Of a stretch of DNA of 64,000 nucleotides, positions 28,226 through 36,753 are shown in pieces. A program made the translations under genes and the position numbers. This DNA comes from a virus. The notes below the pieces were generated by a model that worked only from the letters and a program-made list of their open reading frames with translations, had not been told where the DNA came from and ran no database searches. How positions within the stretch are numbered: the stretch's first letter is position 1; the number at the start of each line of letters is the position of its first letter. The stretch is taken from positions 32,001-96,000 of the IMG/VR virus record IMGVR_UViG_3300017766_002493; one strand, 5' to 3'.

Positions 28226-28972
28226 TTATATACTAAATTGTCTTACTGCGCGCACATAGATTGTGCTGTCCTTACTGCCGCTGCTGATATCCCCATTGGT
28301 AAAGCCGAAGCCCCACGCGCTGTCGTTGCCGCTCTCCGTACTACTCCAATAGTCACTAAATTCTAATTGAAAACCACCAGCAATTTCTAATCCTCTAGAT
28401 ACTTCTAACATATTACACCATAGTTTATTAAGTTCTTGTGCAGCAGGAAGATACCAATCATTTTTTCCACCATTGGTTGATGCTTCACATAAAAAAGCAG
28501 CACCAGATATAGCACCTGGTTGAGAAGTTATAATACTTTGATTTGAAGAACCATTCCATAAACTAGTAGCATTATTTGCAGTGTTATCAATATTACTCCA
28601 AACAGCTGGTCCTAAATTTTGCGTATCTACTACTAAATAATTTTGAGTATTACCTGTTAAATATCTATGGAATATAACTCCACCTTGTGCTGCAACATGT
28701 TGACCTATCTCATATTGAAATTGAGAAGAAGGTACAGCAACTAAAGGATCATCTATTGTACCAGTACCAGTAATAGTAACACCATCAGTAGTTACTTCTA
28801 TTAAGTCTTTTGCTTTGATAGCATAGATAGGGTACTTTGTAGATTTGAAACTATCAGTAGTATACTTATTAGTATACTTACCAATTATTAGATAATCTTC
28901 TTCTGGATCTACATTTGCAAGATCAAGGATTCTTCCTTGTGCTTTGAGTGCATCAAAATTTACTACATCCAT
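28226..28972 (-). CDS. Receptor-binding protein with C-terminal C-type-lectin-fold (DUF1566/Lcl-like) domain; DGR target-like
   Basis: DWYLPA..EL, YWSSTE, AW and YVRAVR motifs. Confidence 0.85.
   Translation of the reverse strand: MDVVNFDALKAQGRILDLANVDPEEDYLIIGKYTNKYTTDSFKSTKYPIYAIKAKDLIEVTTDGVTITGTGTIDDPLVAVPSSQFQYEIGQHVAAQGGVIFHRYLTGNTQNYLVVDTQNLGPAVWSNIDNTANNATSLWNGSSNQSIITSQPGAISGAAFLCEASTNGGKNDWYLPAAQELNKLWCNMLEVSRGLEIAGGFQLEFSDYWSSTESGNDSAWGFGFTNGDISSGSKDSTIYVRAVRQFSI
28241..28351 (-). other. DGR-type variable region
   Basis: GC-rich run of NNC/NNT codons between YWSSTE and YVRAVR, all derivable from AAC/AAT by changes at A. Confidence 0.75.
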
Positions 28973-29179
28973 GATTTATAAAAATAAGTGTTTATTACAA
29001 TATACAAAATAGTTCCTAAATATACAATAATAAAATCACAAAGACAAGAGCATATCCAACAATTCTTGCTGAGGAAACATATCCACGTTTAAGTACCATA
29101 GTATATATAATAAGATAAATATAAATAACACGGGTATAAAAGTAATAAATTATAATACCTATCCCATAGCGGTTTAGAA

Positions 29180-29360
29180 AAAAAATTTTTCCTGGAAATT
29201 TTTGTGAACTAGAGAGTGTGATGGGGCGTCTATATTCGGCCCCCGCCACACTTCACCGGGGGGCCCTACCCCCGTCTTCGTGGTGGCTTGGTTCCGATTT
29301 GCGGGAATAAAATAAAAAGAATTCTTATGATGGAGAAGTGTGATGGGTCAGTGTGTCTTG
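29180..29360. other. GC-rich strand-switch region (possible genome terminus, packaging site or origin)
   Basis: Genes are minus-strand to the left and plus-strand to the right; G/C homopolymer runs; AGTGTGATGGG occurs twice. Confidence 0.45.
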
Positions 29361-29530
29361 GTGTGACTTCGTCACGTGTTGTCTATGTGTTGCTTGTGTT
29401 CTACAAGTAGAACAAGCAACGAAGTATGTTTATATATAATATAGTATGTATGTGTATGTTGGAAAACAAGATAACCCCTTTTTTTATCTGTTGTTATATT
29501 CGCGATATAATAACTAATTGTAGGTCTAAT

Positions 29531-29681
29531 TGAACCTTCGGTGCGTGAAGATACCAAATGCTTCACCCTTGCCATATGCTTGGCTCACGGTTGTTAGGAA
29601 CAAGACAACCTCACAATTCGGGTCGCAACTGTTGAAAAGACCTGAGCCGAGACCCTACACCTTGTGTGTAGGGCAGGTTAA
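29531..29681. ncRNA. Structured ncRNA candidate (~150 nt)
   Basis: Nested stems AACCT/AGGTT, GTGAAG/CTTCAC, GGCTCA/TGAGCC, GGTTGT/ACAACC, CCCTACAC/GTGTAGGG. Confidence 0.55.
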
Positions 29682-29744
29682 TACAGTTTTTTATCAATTG
29701 ATTAACCCCTTTTTTTCTTTACTAACCAATTAATAATTATAACT

Positions 29745-29924
29745 ATGAAAAGAAAAGGTTTGGGCTTCTTGCAAATGCCTGTGATTGAGCACATTGATAA
29801 TGTTCAACCAAAGCAAACAGCACCTGTTAAACGAGTTAAGGAAAAACTTGTATACACAGGTAAGTTGAATCTTCGTGTTAATAGTAACGGGACCATTGAG
29901 TGTCTTGATCAATTACCTGATTAA
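29745..29924 (+). CDS. Early hypothetical protein (59 aa, not in ORF track)
   Basis: Manual translation MKRKGLGFLQMPVIEHIDNVQPKQ...; motif upstream and terminator downstream. Confidence 0.6.
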   Translation: MKRKGLGFLQMPVIEHIDNVQPKQTAPVKRVKEKLVYTGKLNLRVNSNGTIECLDQLPD

Positions 29925-29937
29925 CAGATAATAAATT

Positions 29938-29963
29938 AGGGAACTCTTCGGGGTTCCCTTTTT
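29938..29963 (+). terminator. Intrinsic terminator
   Basis: AGGGAACTC-TTCG-GGGTTCCCT followed by a T run. Confidence 0.85.
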
Positions 29964-30099
29964 AATTTTTTATCATGAAGATTATCAGAAGATACACAGC
30001 ATTTGATGGAACACAAATGGTTGTGTATGAAGATAATACAGGTTATCAGAACACTGTTCCACTTTATATCTATAATAAACTAATTAAAAACAAATCAAA

Positions 30100-30315
30100 A
30101 TGAAAACAACAAAAGCAATCGCAGTTTGGTTTATTGCCTATATGGTAATATACCTTATCCTATCAGCAGTAGGATGTCTATTCTTTAAAGGTGATGGTCA
30201 ACACTTCGCCTATTCGGAGATAGCAGGAGACAGAGCATGGTTCATGGTATATTCTTTATTCATTGGCTGGTGGGCAGCTAGTGTAATATCTATGGATTAC
30301 TATGAGACAAAGTGA
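30100..30315 (+). CDS. Small two-TM membrane protein
   Basis: 71 aa, two hydrophobic helices, A-rich leader. Confidence 0.65.
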   Translation: MKTTKAIAVWFIAYMVIYLILSAVGCLFFKGDGQHFAYSEIAGDRAWFMVYSLFIGWWAASVISMDYYETK

Positions 30316-30422
30316 AATACCAATTAATATAACACACTGCAAGTCAGTGTGTTATATTTGGTTTTTACTATCATCAACCACAAACCCCTTTTTTTATTAA
30401 TAATCAATTAAATTAAACAACC

Positions 30423-30845
30423 ATGAAAACAATCAATGAAATTGCTTTGGCAACAAAATTCCCACAAGAAACAATCCCTTCACTTATAGAGATTGTAAAT
30501 GCAACAGTAAATCCTACTGTAGCAATGGAAACATTATTAGGTATTTACACGGAACCTACCATTAGTCAAGTTAAAACAGATACAGATAAACTTTTATTCT
30601 TTATTAGTTATAACAAATGGGATGACCGTGTTTCATATTACTATAATGATTATGATTCTAAGCATATTTATGTTAGCAAGGATACTGATTCAAACCTTAT
30701 CAATGAAGATAATTATAAGGACTTTGAGGTTAAGTATAGTTCTAACAATTGCTACGGATTCCGTGTAAAACTATCTACTATGAAAAGATATGAAGGATAT
30801 GAATCTCTTGAATCTTGGAATAGAAGACCTGATGCAGAAGTGTAA
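30423..30845 (+). CDS. Early hypothetical protein
   Basis: 140-aa ORF after an AACCCC motif, followed by a terminator at about 30856-30881. Confidence 0.7.
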   Translation: MKTINEIALATKFPQETIPSLIEIVNATVNPTVAMETLLGIYTEPTISQVKTDTDKLLFFISYNKWDDRVSYYYNDYDSKHIYVSKDTDSNLINEDNYKDFEVKYSSNNCYGFRVKLSTMKRYEGYESLESWNRRPDAEV

Positions 30846-30943
30846 ATGCTTAATTAAGGGGAAGAGAAATCTTCCCTTTTTAACTTATTTAAAACAATTA
30901 ATAACCCCTTTTTTTTACTATAACCAATTAAAAACAAATAACT

Positions 30944-31315
30944 ATGGAAACAATTTTGTGCAACACAACAGCGAAAAATTTAAAAGCAATTGCTTTTGGC
31001 AGCCACGGTAGCATCGGTAATCAAAGAACCTTAAAATGCCGCTATCCTTACAGCGTAGCATTAGACATCTTAAACGGGCTATCTAATGATGACTTGAAAA
31101 AGATTTCTATTGCTGAGGGCAAAACTACTACACAGGGAACAAGAATGATTTATTTAGCAATCATTGAAACCTTTGATAATAGTATTTGGCGATTCTTTGA
31201 AAATGCTAGAAGAAATGCATATGCTAATGAGCTTCGCAAACAAGCAGATAATATGATTACTCATGGAACTAAGAAGAATCATATAGATCTTATTATCTAC
31301 AATTCTAATTATTAA
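30944..31315 (+). CDS. Early hypothetical protein
   Basis: 123-aa ORF after an AACCCC motif, followed by a terminator at about 31318-31341. Confidence 0.7.
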   Translation: METILCNTTAKNLKAIAFGSHGSIGNQRTLKCRYPYSVALDILNGLSNDDLKKISIAEGKTTTQGTRMIYLAIIETFDNSIWRFFENARRNAYANELRKQADNMITHGTKKNHIDLIIYNSNY

Positions 31316-31353
31316 CTAAGGGGGCAGCAATGCTCCCTTTTAAAATCTTAACA

Positions 31354-31554
31354 ATGACAACAACACTAACACCGGAGAAAGAAATCAAGGTTGCTTATAT
31401 CAAGGATATAGACGACCTGGTAAAAAGATTATATGATAGGCACTTGATAACCAAAGAGTTTGATGAATTCTATGATTCAAGTTGTATGGATTTACATACT
31501 ACAAGAGACCTATTATATAGAGAATTGTTTAACAAAATTAATATTACACTATGA
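31354..31554 (+). CDS. Hypothetical protein (start likely MTTTLTPEK)
   Basis: The upstream ATG given in the ORF track lies inside a terminator hairpin. Confidence 0.5.
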   Translation: MTTTLTPEKEIKVAYIKDIDDLVKRLYDRHLITKEFDEFYDSSCMDLHTTRDLLYRELFNKINITL

Positions 31555-31703
31555 AAACAATCAAAGCGAGAAAAGAAATCTTATTTGTAATAGCATACTT
31601 TGCTTTAATGACAGCAGTGGCTTTACTATCATCCTCTTGTACAACTGCAACACACACAGCGAGTTTTAGAGTAGATGCTTGTCCTACTTGGGCGAAGAGA
31701 TAA
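31551..31703 (+). CDS. Small lipoprotein (50 aa, not in ORF track)
   Basis: Signal peptide with lipobox LSSSC; mature part TTATHTASFRVDACPTWAKR. Confidence 0.6.
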   Translation: MKTIKARKEILFVIAYFALMTAVALLSSSCTTATHTASFRVDACPTWAKR

Positions 31704-31812
31704 TCGTGTTGAAAACAAGGTGCTAATCACACCTTGTTTTCTTTTTATTATTTTTTCAATTATTTAATAACCCCTTTTTTTAACAATATTAACCAATTAA
31801 TTTTTATTTATT

Positions 31813-32211
31813 ATGAAAGCAACATTCAGAAACGAGACAAAAACAAAAGCAGGACAAATCCAGTACATCTATAATGTGCTTGATGCAACACCCGAAGAAA
31901 TCGCGTTGTTAAAAGAGATTAAAGGAGAATATTATCGTGATGATAAAGTAACAGGTCAACCACTGATCTATACTTTCTTCTATCAAGGTAAAAATACTAC
32001 CTTCTTAATCAGCAAGAACAACAAGATTTATGCAGATAATAGCGATATTATTCGTCTATCAAATCTTGCAGCCAATATCGGTGGTCTTGTTGGCGACAAA
32101 CTAGCAGAGCAAATTGCTAGTAAATTGTTGGGGGAAGAAACTAGCCGTGTTACCAATCACAGTAACAAGAGCGAACCCGAAGATAGCGGGGAAAACCTCA
32201 AAGGGTTGTAA
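31813..32211 (+). CDS. Early protein, paralog of 33075-33479
   Basis: Shared G..YR.DKVTG, LGE.IA.Q.A and C-terminal SG.E.LK.L. Confidence 0.75.
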   Translation: MKATFRNETKTKAGQIQYIYNVLDATPEEIALLKEIKGEYYRDDKVTGQPLIYTFFYQGKNTTFLISKNNKIYADNSDIIRLSNLAANIGGLVGDKLAEQIASKLLGEETSRVTNHSNKSEPEDSGENLKGL

Positions 32212-32425
32212 TAACCCACAAGTAAAAAGACGAAGCCCTAACGGGCTTCTTCTTTTTTTTGCTAAACCCACAACGCAGAGCAAACCTTAAATACAATCTC
32301 TTATAACACCTGTCTATGCTACCCGTCCAACAAGACACAAGATACCAGTTACTTTTTACTATCATCTGCTTGTGTATGTTCACCCACTCGCTCTGAATCC
32401 TGGTAGAAAATTACTATATTTGCAT

Positions 32426-32728
32426 ATGAACAAGTCAAAAAGAAACTCACTCGCCGGCAAAAGCACAGGTAAGTCAGCCTCTGCTAAATACTTTGCATCT
32501 CACCCAGAAGCTAGAGCAAAGAAGAATGCATATAATAAAGCTTACCACTCTACAGAAGAGAGAAAGAACTACAGAGAAGAGCTTAATAAAATCAACCGTA
32601 GAAATAACAATAGTGGTTACGGGGATAATAAGGACTTATCACATACCCGCTCAGGTAAACTAGTACAAGAAAATCGCTCCAAAAACAGAGCACGTAACGG
32701 TAAAAGCGGTAAATCTTCTAAGAAATAA
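32426..32728 (+). CDS. Small basic HNH-like protein
   Basis: GD.KDLSH...G.L..EN.S.NR.RN; TATATTTG 3 nt upstream of the ATG. Confidence 0.6.
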   Translation: MNKSKRNSLAGKSTGKSASAKYFASHPEARAKKNAYNKAYHSTEERKNYREELNKINRRNNNSGYGDNKDLSHTRSGKLVQENRSKNRARNGKSGKSSKK

Positions 32729-33074
32729 CCCACTCTATTTGTTAACAACTGTTAATTTTGTTTAACCTTGTCTCGTAAAAAGCCGGGTTTTGACAATACA
32801 AAGTTAAACAAAACATCCACTCTATCCTAGCTAACACCGATAAGTAGCTAAAGCACTTGAAGTTATTTAATCTCTTATAACCCCTTTTTTTTAGTTGTCG
32901 TAGAAATAGTAATAGGTGTCAAGCAGATAACGCAACAATGTGAAACTCAGCAACTTGCTGTAAATGAAGGCGTGCTAATCTCATATAACCCCTATTTTTA
33001 GAGATACGATAATTAGATACGCGGGATATCTAGTAGTAATTAAACAATCAAAAAACAACTAAAAACAAGTAATT

Positions 33075-33479
33075 ATGGAAGCGACTTATTTAAGACAACA
33101 CGCAAGCAAAACAACAGGAACACAAGTATTTGTATACTCATTAAAAGGTACAGATGCTGATTTACAACGAGTTAGAGACATCCAAGGTGACAATCACCGT
33201 ACTGATAAAGTAACAGGTGTAGATTTGTGGTTTACAACACGCTACTCTGGTGATAACGTAAAGGTAATCATCACAGATAACGACAAGATTGTACCAGATT
33301 TAGGTGATATCAAGAAGATGGAAAGCTTATCGAAGCAATTTGAAGGCAAGTTAGGTGAGGAAATCGCTAAACAAGCAGCAGCTATGTTGTTAGGTAACTT
33401 ATTTAGCAAAAATACAGCACAATCTAGCCCTACACCAGCGGCTAATGTGTCAGGTAGCGAGGACTTAAAGGACTTGTAA
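33075..33479 (+). CDS. Early protein, paralog of 31813-32211
   Basis: Shared motifs; 16-nt identity TGATAAAGTAACAGGT. Confidence 0.75.
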   Translation: MEATYLRQHASKTTGTQVFVYSLKGTDADLQRVRDIQGDNHRTDKVTGVDLWFTTRYSGDNVKVIITDNDKIVPDLGDIKKMESLSKQFEGKLGEEIAKQAAAMLLGNLFSKNTAQSSPTPAANVSGSEDLKDL

Positions 33480-33880
33480 CCTGCTGATATGCAAAGAGTT
33501 AGAGGTTGTGTGACACACACGCAACCTCCTACCTCTTTCATACCACTGAAACAACTCTCAAATTTGCAAAAAGATTTTCTCTCGCATTATATCACTAATC
33601 TTAACTAATTACTTACTCTAAATCTATTATTCTATGTCTACAGACAAAGTAAATAACAATAATACTTCTCTTAGTAATGAAGAGATATTAGCTCTTATAC
33701 ATCAAGAGTATCTTAGTATTATATCAGAGAGTGGTGTACCTCTATGGGTATTAGATTACTATAAAGGGGTAGAAGAACCACGGCTACTTAAAAATGACAA
33801 CAATGACTAGGTATTTTATATACCAGCACACAATATTGCATAGTTTATATTTTAATTGGTTAGTAAAACAATAATCTATG

Positions 33881-34311
33881 TGCACTCTGGATACAAGGTT
33901 ACACTACAAAACGTGTAACCTATATCTAGAATAATGAATTGTGGTCTTGTGAAACCCATCTAATCAATGGGACTGAGCTAGGGTATATGCAAAGGGTATA
34001 AGCTTTGTTTGCCTTATATAGACCTATGTTTGACTCACTCAGAAAAAGTGAGCACCGGAACCGAGAGATTGATCATCTCTATGCGGTTGATAGAAGAGGA
34101 GATATTCTCCAAGTAAGAATCCGGCAATCAGGGTAGCATCTAGCCCTGTAAAATAATGCACCATAACTCCATTCCCAAGGTGGAGCAGTTGTAATAGTTT
34201 AATTGCTGGTAAACAAACAAGCCAGAATCAGGTGAAATAAACTAATCCTGACAATTAAGTAAGGGTGAGAGCTTATTATTCTACTCAAGAATACTATTAC
34301 AACTGAGTGCA
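33881..34311. ncRNA. Large structured ncRNA candidate (~430 nt)
   Basis: No ORF in the track; closing stem TGCACTC/GAGTGCA; perfect 13-bp helix 34186-34198/34293-34305; about ten internal hairpins. Confidence 0.7.
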
Positions 34312-34357
34312 GAGGGTATAAATAAACAAATTATTAACAATTTAAATACCAACTCAA

Positions 34358-34636
34358 ATGACTAAAGAACAAGCACTTGAAAAAACTGTATCAAGATTTA
34401 CCAATCTAATGGATGGTAAAGTATTATCTAATGTAGGGGTTCGCACAATAATAGACTATTATGAACAACTACAAAAGAATAGTGTACTCAAAGTTTCTAC
34501 TATGGGTAACATAGAAAGAAGATTTTTAGATGCAGAGATTGCTTTTAACCAACAAGAATTAGAAGATGAAATGGGATATAATGACCATCCACTCCCTCAA
34601 GATACATGGGACGGCGGCTTTGTCCAAGAACCATAA
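34358..34636 (+). CDS. Hypothetical protein
   Basis: 92-aa ORF with an A-rich leader. Confidence 0.6.
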   Translation: MTKEQALEKTVSRFTNLMDGKVLSNVGVRTIIDYYEQLQKNSVLKVSTMGNIERRFLDAEIAFNQQELEDEMGYNDHPLPQDTWDGGFVQEP

Positions 34637-34646
34637 CAATAAACAA

Positions 34647-34810
34647 GGATTACGCACAGCAAACCAATACAATTTAAATGTAAACTGTAAAAATGTAATC
34701 TGTAATCGGTGTAAAGAATACTTCAGCACAAAAAATTAAAACTACAAAACAAAAACCCGGGAAAGTTTTTGCTCCTAAGTAATTAGGTGGGATTTTAATT
34801 TAGTATTCTG
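34647..34810 (+). ncRNA. Two CAGCA-stem RNA units upstream of the DUF2828 gene
   Basis: GGATTAC-GCA-CAGCA...GTAATCTG and AGAATAC-TT-CAGCA...GTATTCTG. Confidence 0.55.
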
Positions 34811-34891
34811 TTATGCACCACAATCCTGCCTCTTGAAAGGGGGCAGGAACTTTCCCTTAAACAAATAATTAAAATCCAAAAACTTAACAAC

Positions 34892-36277
34892 ATGAACAAT
34901 CTTATCAACGCAACAAGACAATACAACACAACGACTAACAACGGTGCAATCACACACTCTACAAGTCTAAACTATTGTTTAGATATGTTCTTCTTGGCAG
35001 GTGCTAGTAGGAATCTATCTCAAGATCAGATAGTTAGGATCTTTGAGAGAGCTTATGCACAAGACAAGAATCTTGCTTACAAGATATTGTTTTGGTCAAG
35101 AGACTGCAGAGGTGGTGCCGGTGAAAAGAGATTCTTTCAGATTGTAATGAAGCATGTTGCTAAAACATATGCTGAAGATTATGATCAGATAGCCATACAC
35201 ACTCCAGAGTATGGGTATTGGAAAGATATCTTCCAGGTAGAGAAGCCAAATAAGAATAATCTTAATTGGTTGATGTATCAATTGGAAGAATCACCCAATA
35301 AGAATCTGTTAGCCAAGTGGTTTCCACGCAAAGGTCCATGGTTCAGTGCTATGCACAAGTATCTAAAGCTGACTCCTAAAGAGTTCAGAAAGAAACTTGT
35401 GGCTATGACCAAGGTGGTGGAAACTCAAATGTGTGCAAGACAATGGGACTCAATCAATTATGAGCAGATCCCATCCACAGCTATGAATCTGTATAGAAAA
35501 ACATTCTTCAAGCACGATGCTGAAAGATATGCTGAGTATATACAAAGTGTTCACAGCGGTGAAGCTAAGATTAATGCCTCTACATTGTTTCCTCATCAGC
35601 TCTTACAAGGGTTGATGCAAGGTCATGATGTGAGCTCGGTTGAAGCCCAGTGGAATAACCTTCCTGATTACATGGCTGATAGCACAGAGAATATTCTCCC
35701 TGTGTGTGATGTCAGCGGTAGCATGTCGGGTCTTCCGATGGATGTATCTATCTCTCTAGGATTGTATATCTCAGAGAGAAACAAAGGTATATTCAAGGAT
35801 GCTTTCTTAACTTTCTCGGAGACACCTACGATGCAGTATCTAAAAGGTACTCTTAATCAAAGGAGAATCCAGTTAAGCCAAGCAGAGTGGGGGTATTCAA
35901 CTAATCTTAAGGCCACATTTGACCTTATCCTAGACAGTGCAGTTAGAAACAATCTACCAGAGTCTGAGATGCCAACTAAACTTCTTATCATATCTGATAT
36001 GGAGTTTGATGAGGCAGACAGCAACAGAACAAACCTAGATATGATAAGAGACAAGTATTCTAAAGCAGGATACAATATGCCTCAGATCATATTCTGGAAT
36101 GTTAATGGTAGACCAGGTAATGTTCCTGCTAACAACACTGATAAAGGTGTAGGTATGGTGTCAGGGTTTAGTCCTTCTGTACTGAAGTCCATATTAAAAG
36201 GACAGGTGTATACACCTGAACAATTAATGTTGGATACAGTTGATATTGCGCGGTATGCTCGTATTAAAGTTGACTAG
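34892..36277 (+). CDS. DUF2828 family protein (TROVE/Ro60-like helical region plus vWA)
   Basis: T.NGA, RD.RGG.GEK, YGYWKD, AKW.PR, MIDAS DVSGSM, IISDMEFD, IIFWN and VSGFSP motifs. Confidence 0.85.
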   Translation: MNNLINATRQYNTTTNNGAITHSTSLNYCLDMFFLAGASRNLSQDQIVRIFERAYAQDKNLAYKILFWSRDCRGGAGEKRFFQIVMKHVAKTYAEDYDQIAIHTPEYGYWKDIFQVEKPNKNNLNWLMYQLEESPNKNLLAKWFPRKGPWFSAMHKYLKLTPKEFRKKLVAMTKVVETQMCARQWDSINYEQIPSTAMNLYRKTFFKHDAERYAEYIQSVHSGEAKINASTLFPHQLLQGLMQGHDVSSVEAQWNNLPDYMADSTENILPVCDVSGSMSGLPMDVSISLGLYISERNKGIFKDAFLTFSETPTMQYLKGTLNQRRIQLSQAEWGYSTNLKATFDLILDSAVRNNLPESEMPTKLLIISDMEFDEADSNRTNLDMIRDKYSKAGYNMPQIIFWNVNGRPGNVPANNTDKGVGMVSGFSPSVLKSILKGQVYTPEQLMLDTVDIARYARIKVD

Positions 36278-36288
36278 TAGTCAACACT

Positions 36289-36314
36289 AGAACTCTCTTC
36301 GGAGAGTTCTTTTT
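36289..36314 (+). terminator. Intrinsic terminator
   Basis: AGAACTCTC-TTCG-GAGAGTTCT followed by a T run. Confidence 0.85.
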
Positions 36315-36414
36315 AACCTCATAGAGAAAACCGGTGATATAATGTCGCCGGCTCTTCCAAGGGCAACGGCGCCTTGATTGGTGCCGACCCTTTTACAATC
36401 CTAAAACAAATAAC

Positions 36415-36753
36415 ATGAATCAAATAAGAAACAAAATCAAAAATCTATTCAAAAGAAAACCAAAGAAAAAAGTTTTGAATAACAAAATCAATTGTCAAGT
36501 AGTTGAGATTAATGAAGAGGCAGACTGCATAGCTGATGCACTTGGTATATCTGATGAAAGAAATGTTTACCTAATAAAATTTGTATTAGACGAATTCTCT
36601 AAGCACACTGATATGGGCAAACTTCTAGTAAAGTGTAGCCAAGAATGTGTACATCCTAATGAGCTGGCTCTTGTATCCTACTTGGCAGCGATAAGACAAA
36701 TAGAATCTACTAATCCATTTTTAAGAATACAATTTCTAAAACCAGAACTATGA
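36415..36753 (+). CDS. Hypothetical protein
   Basis: 112-aa ORF. Confidence 0.6.
   Translation: MNQIRNKIKNLFKRKPKKKVLNNKINCQVVEINEEADCIADALGISDERNVYLIKFVLDEFSKHTDMGKLLVKCSQECVHPNELALVSYLAAIRQIESTNPFLRIQFLKPEL

Larger units (their letters stand above)
29472..32999 (+). promoter_or_regulatory. Seven copies of a (T)AACCCCT(T)n motif in the early region
   Basis: Starts at 29472, 29703, 30382, 30902, 31768, 32878 and 32986 (last is TAACCCCTATTTTT); all intergenic and in the same orientation. Confidence 0.75.

Noticed and set aside
29016-29912. ORFs 29016-29249, 29372-29575, 29530-29733 and 29730-29912 from the track
   Set aside because: They overlap the strand-switch region, the structured RNA candidate or a better plus-strand ORF, and have atypical composition.
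29472-32999. AACCCC repeats as a CRISPR array
   Set aside because: The repeats are too short, irregularly spaced and separated by whole genes; the lone Cas4-like nuclease is a common phage gene.
33881-34311. tmRNA, RNase P RNA or tRNA cluster identity for the large structured region
   Set aside because: No tRNA-like acceptor ends or T-loop GTTCRA and no RNase P P4 consensus were seen.
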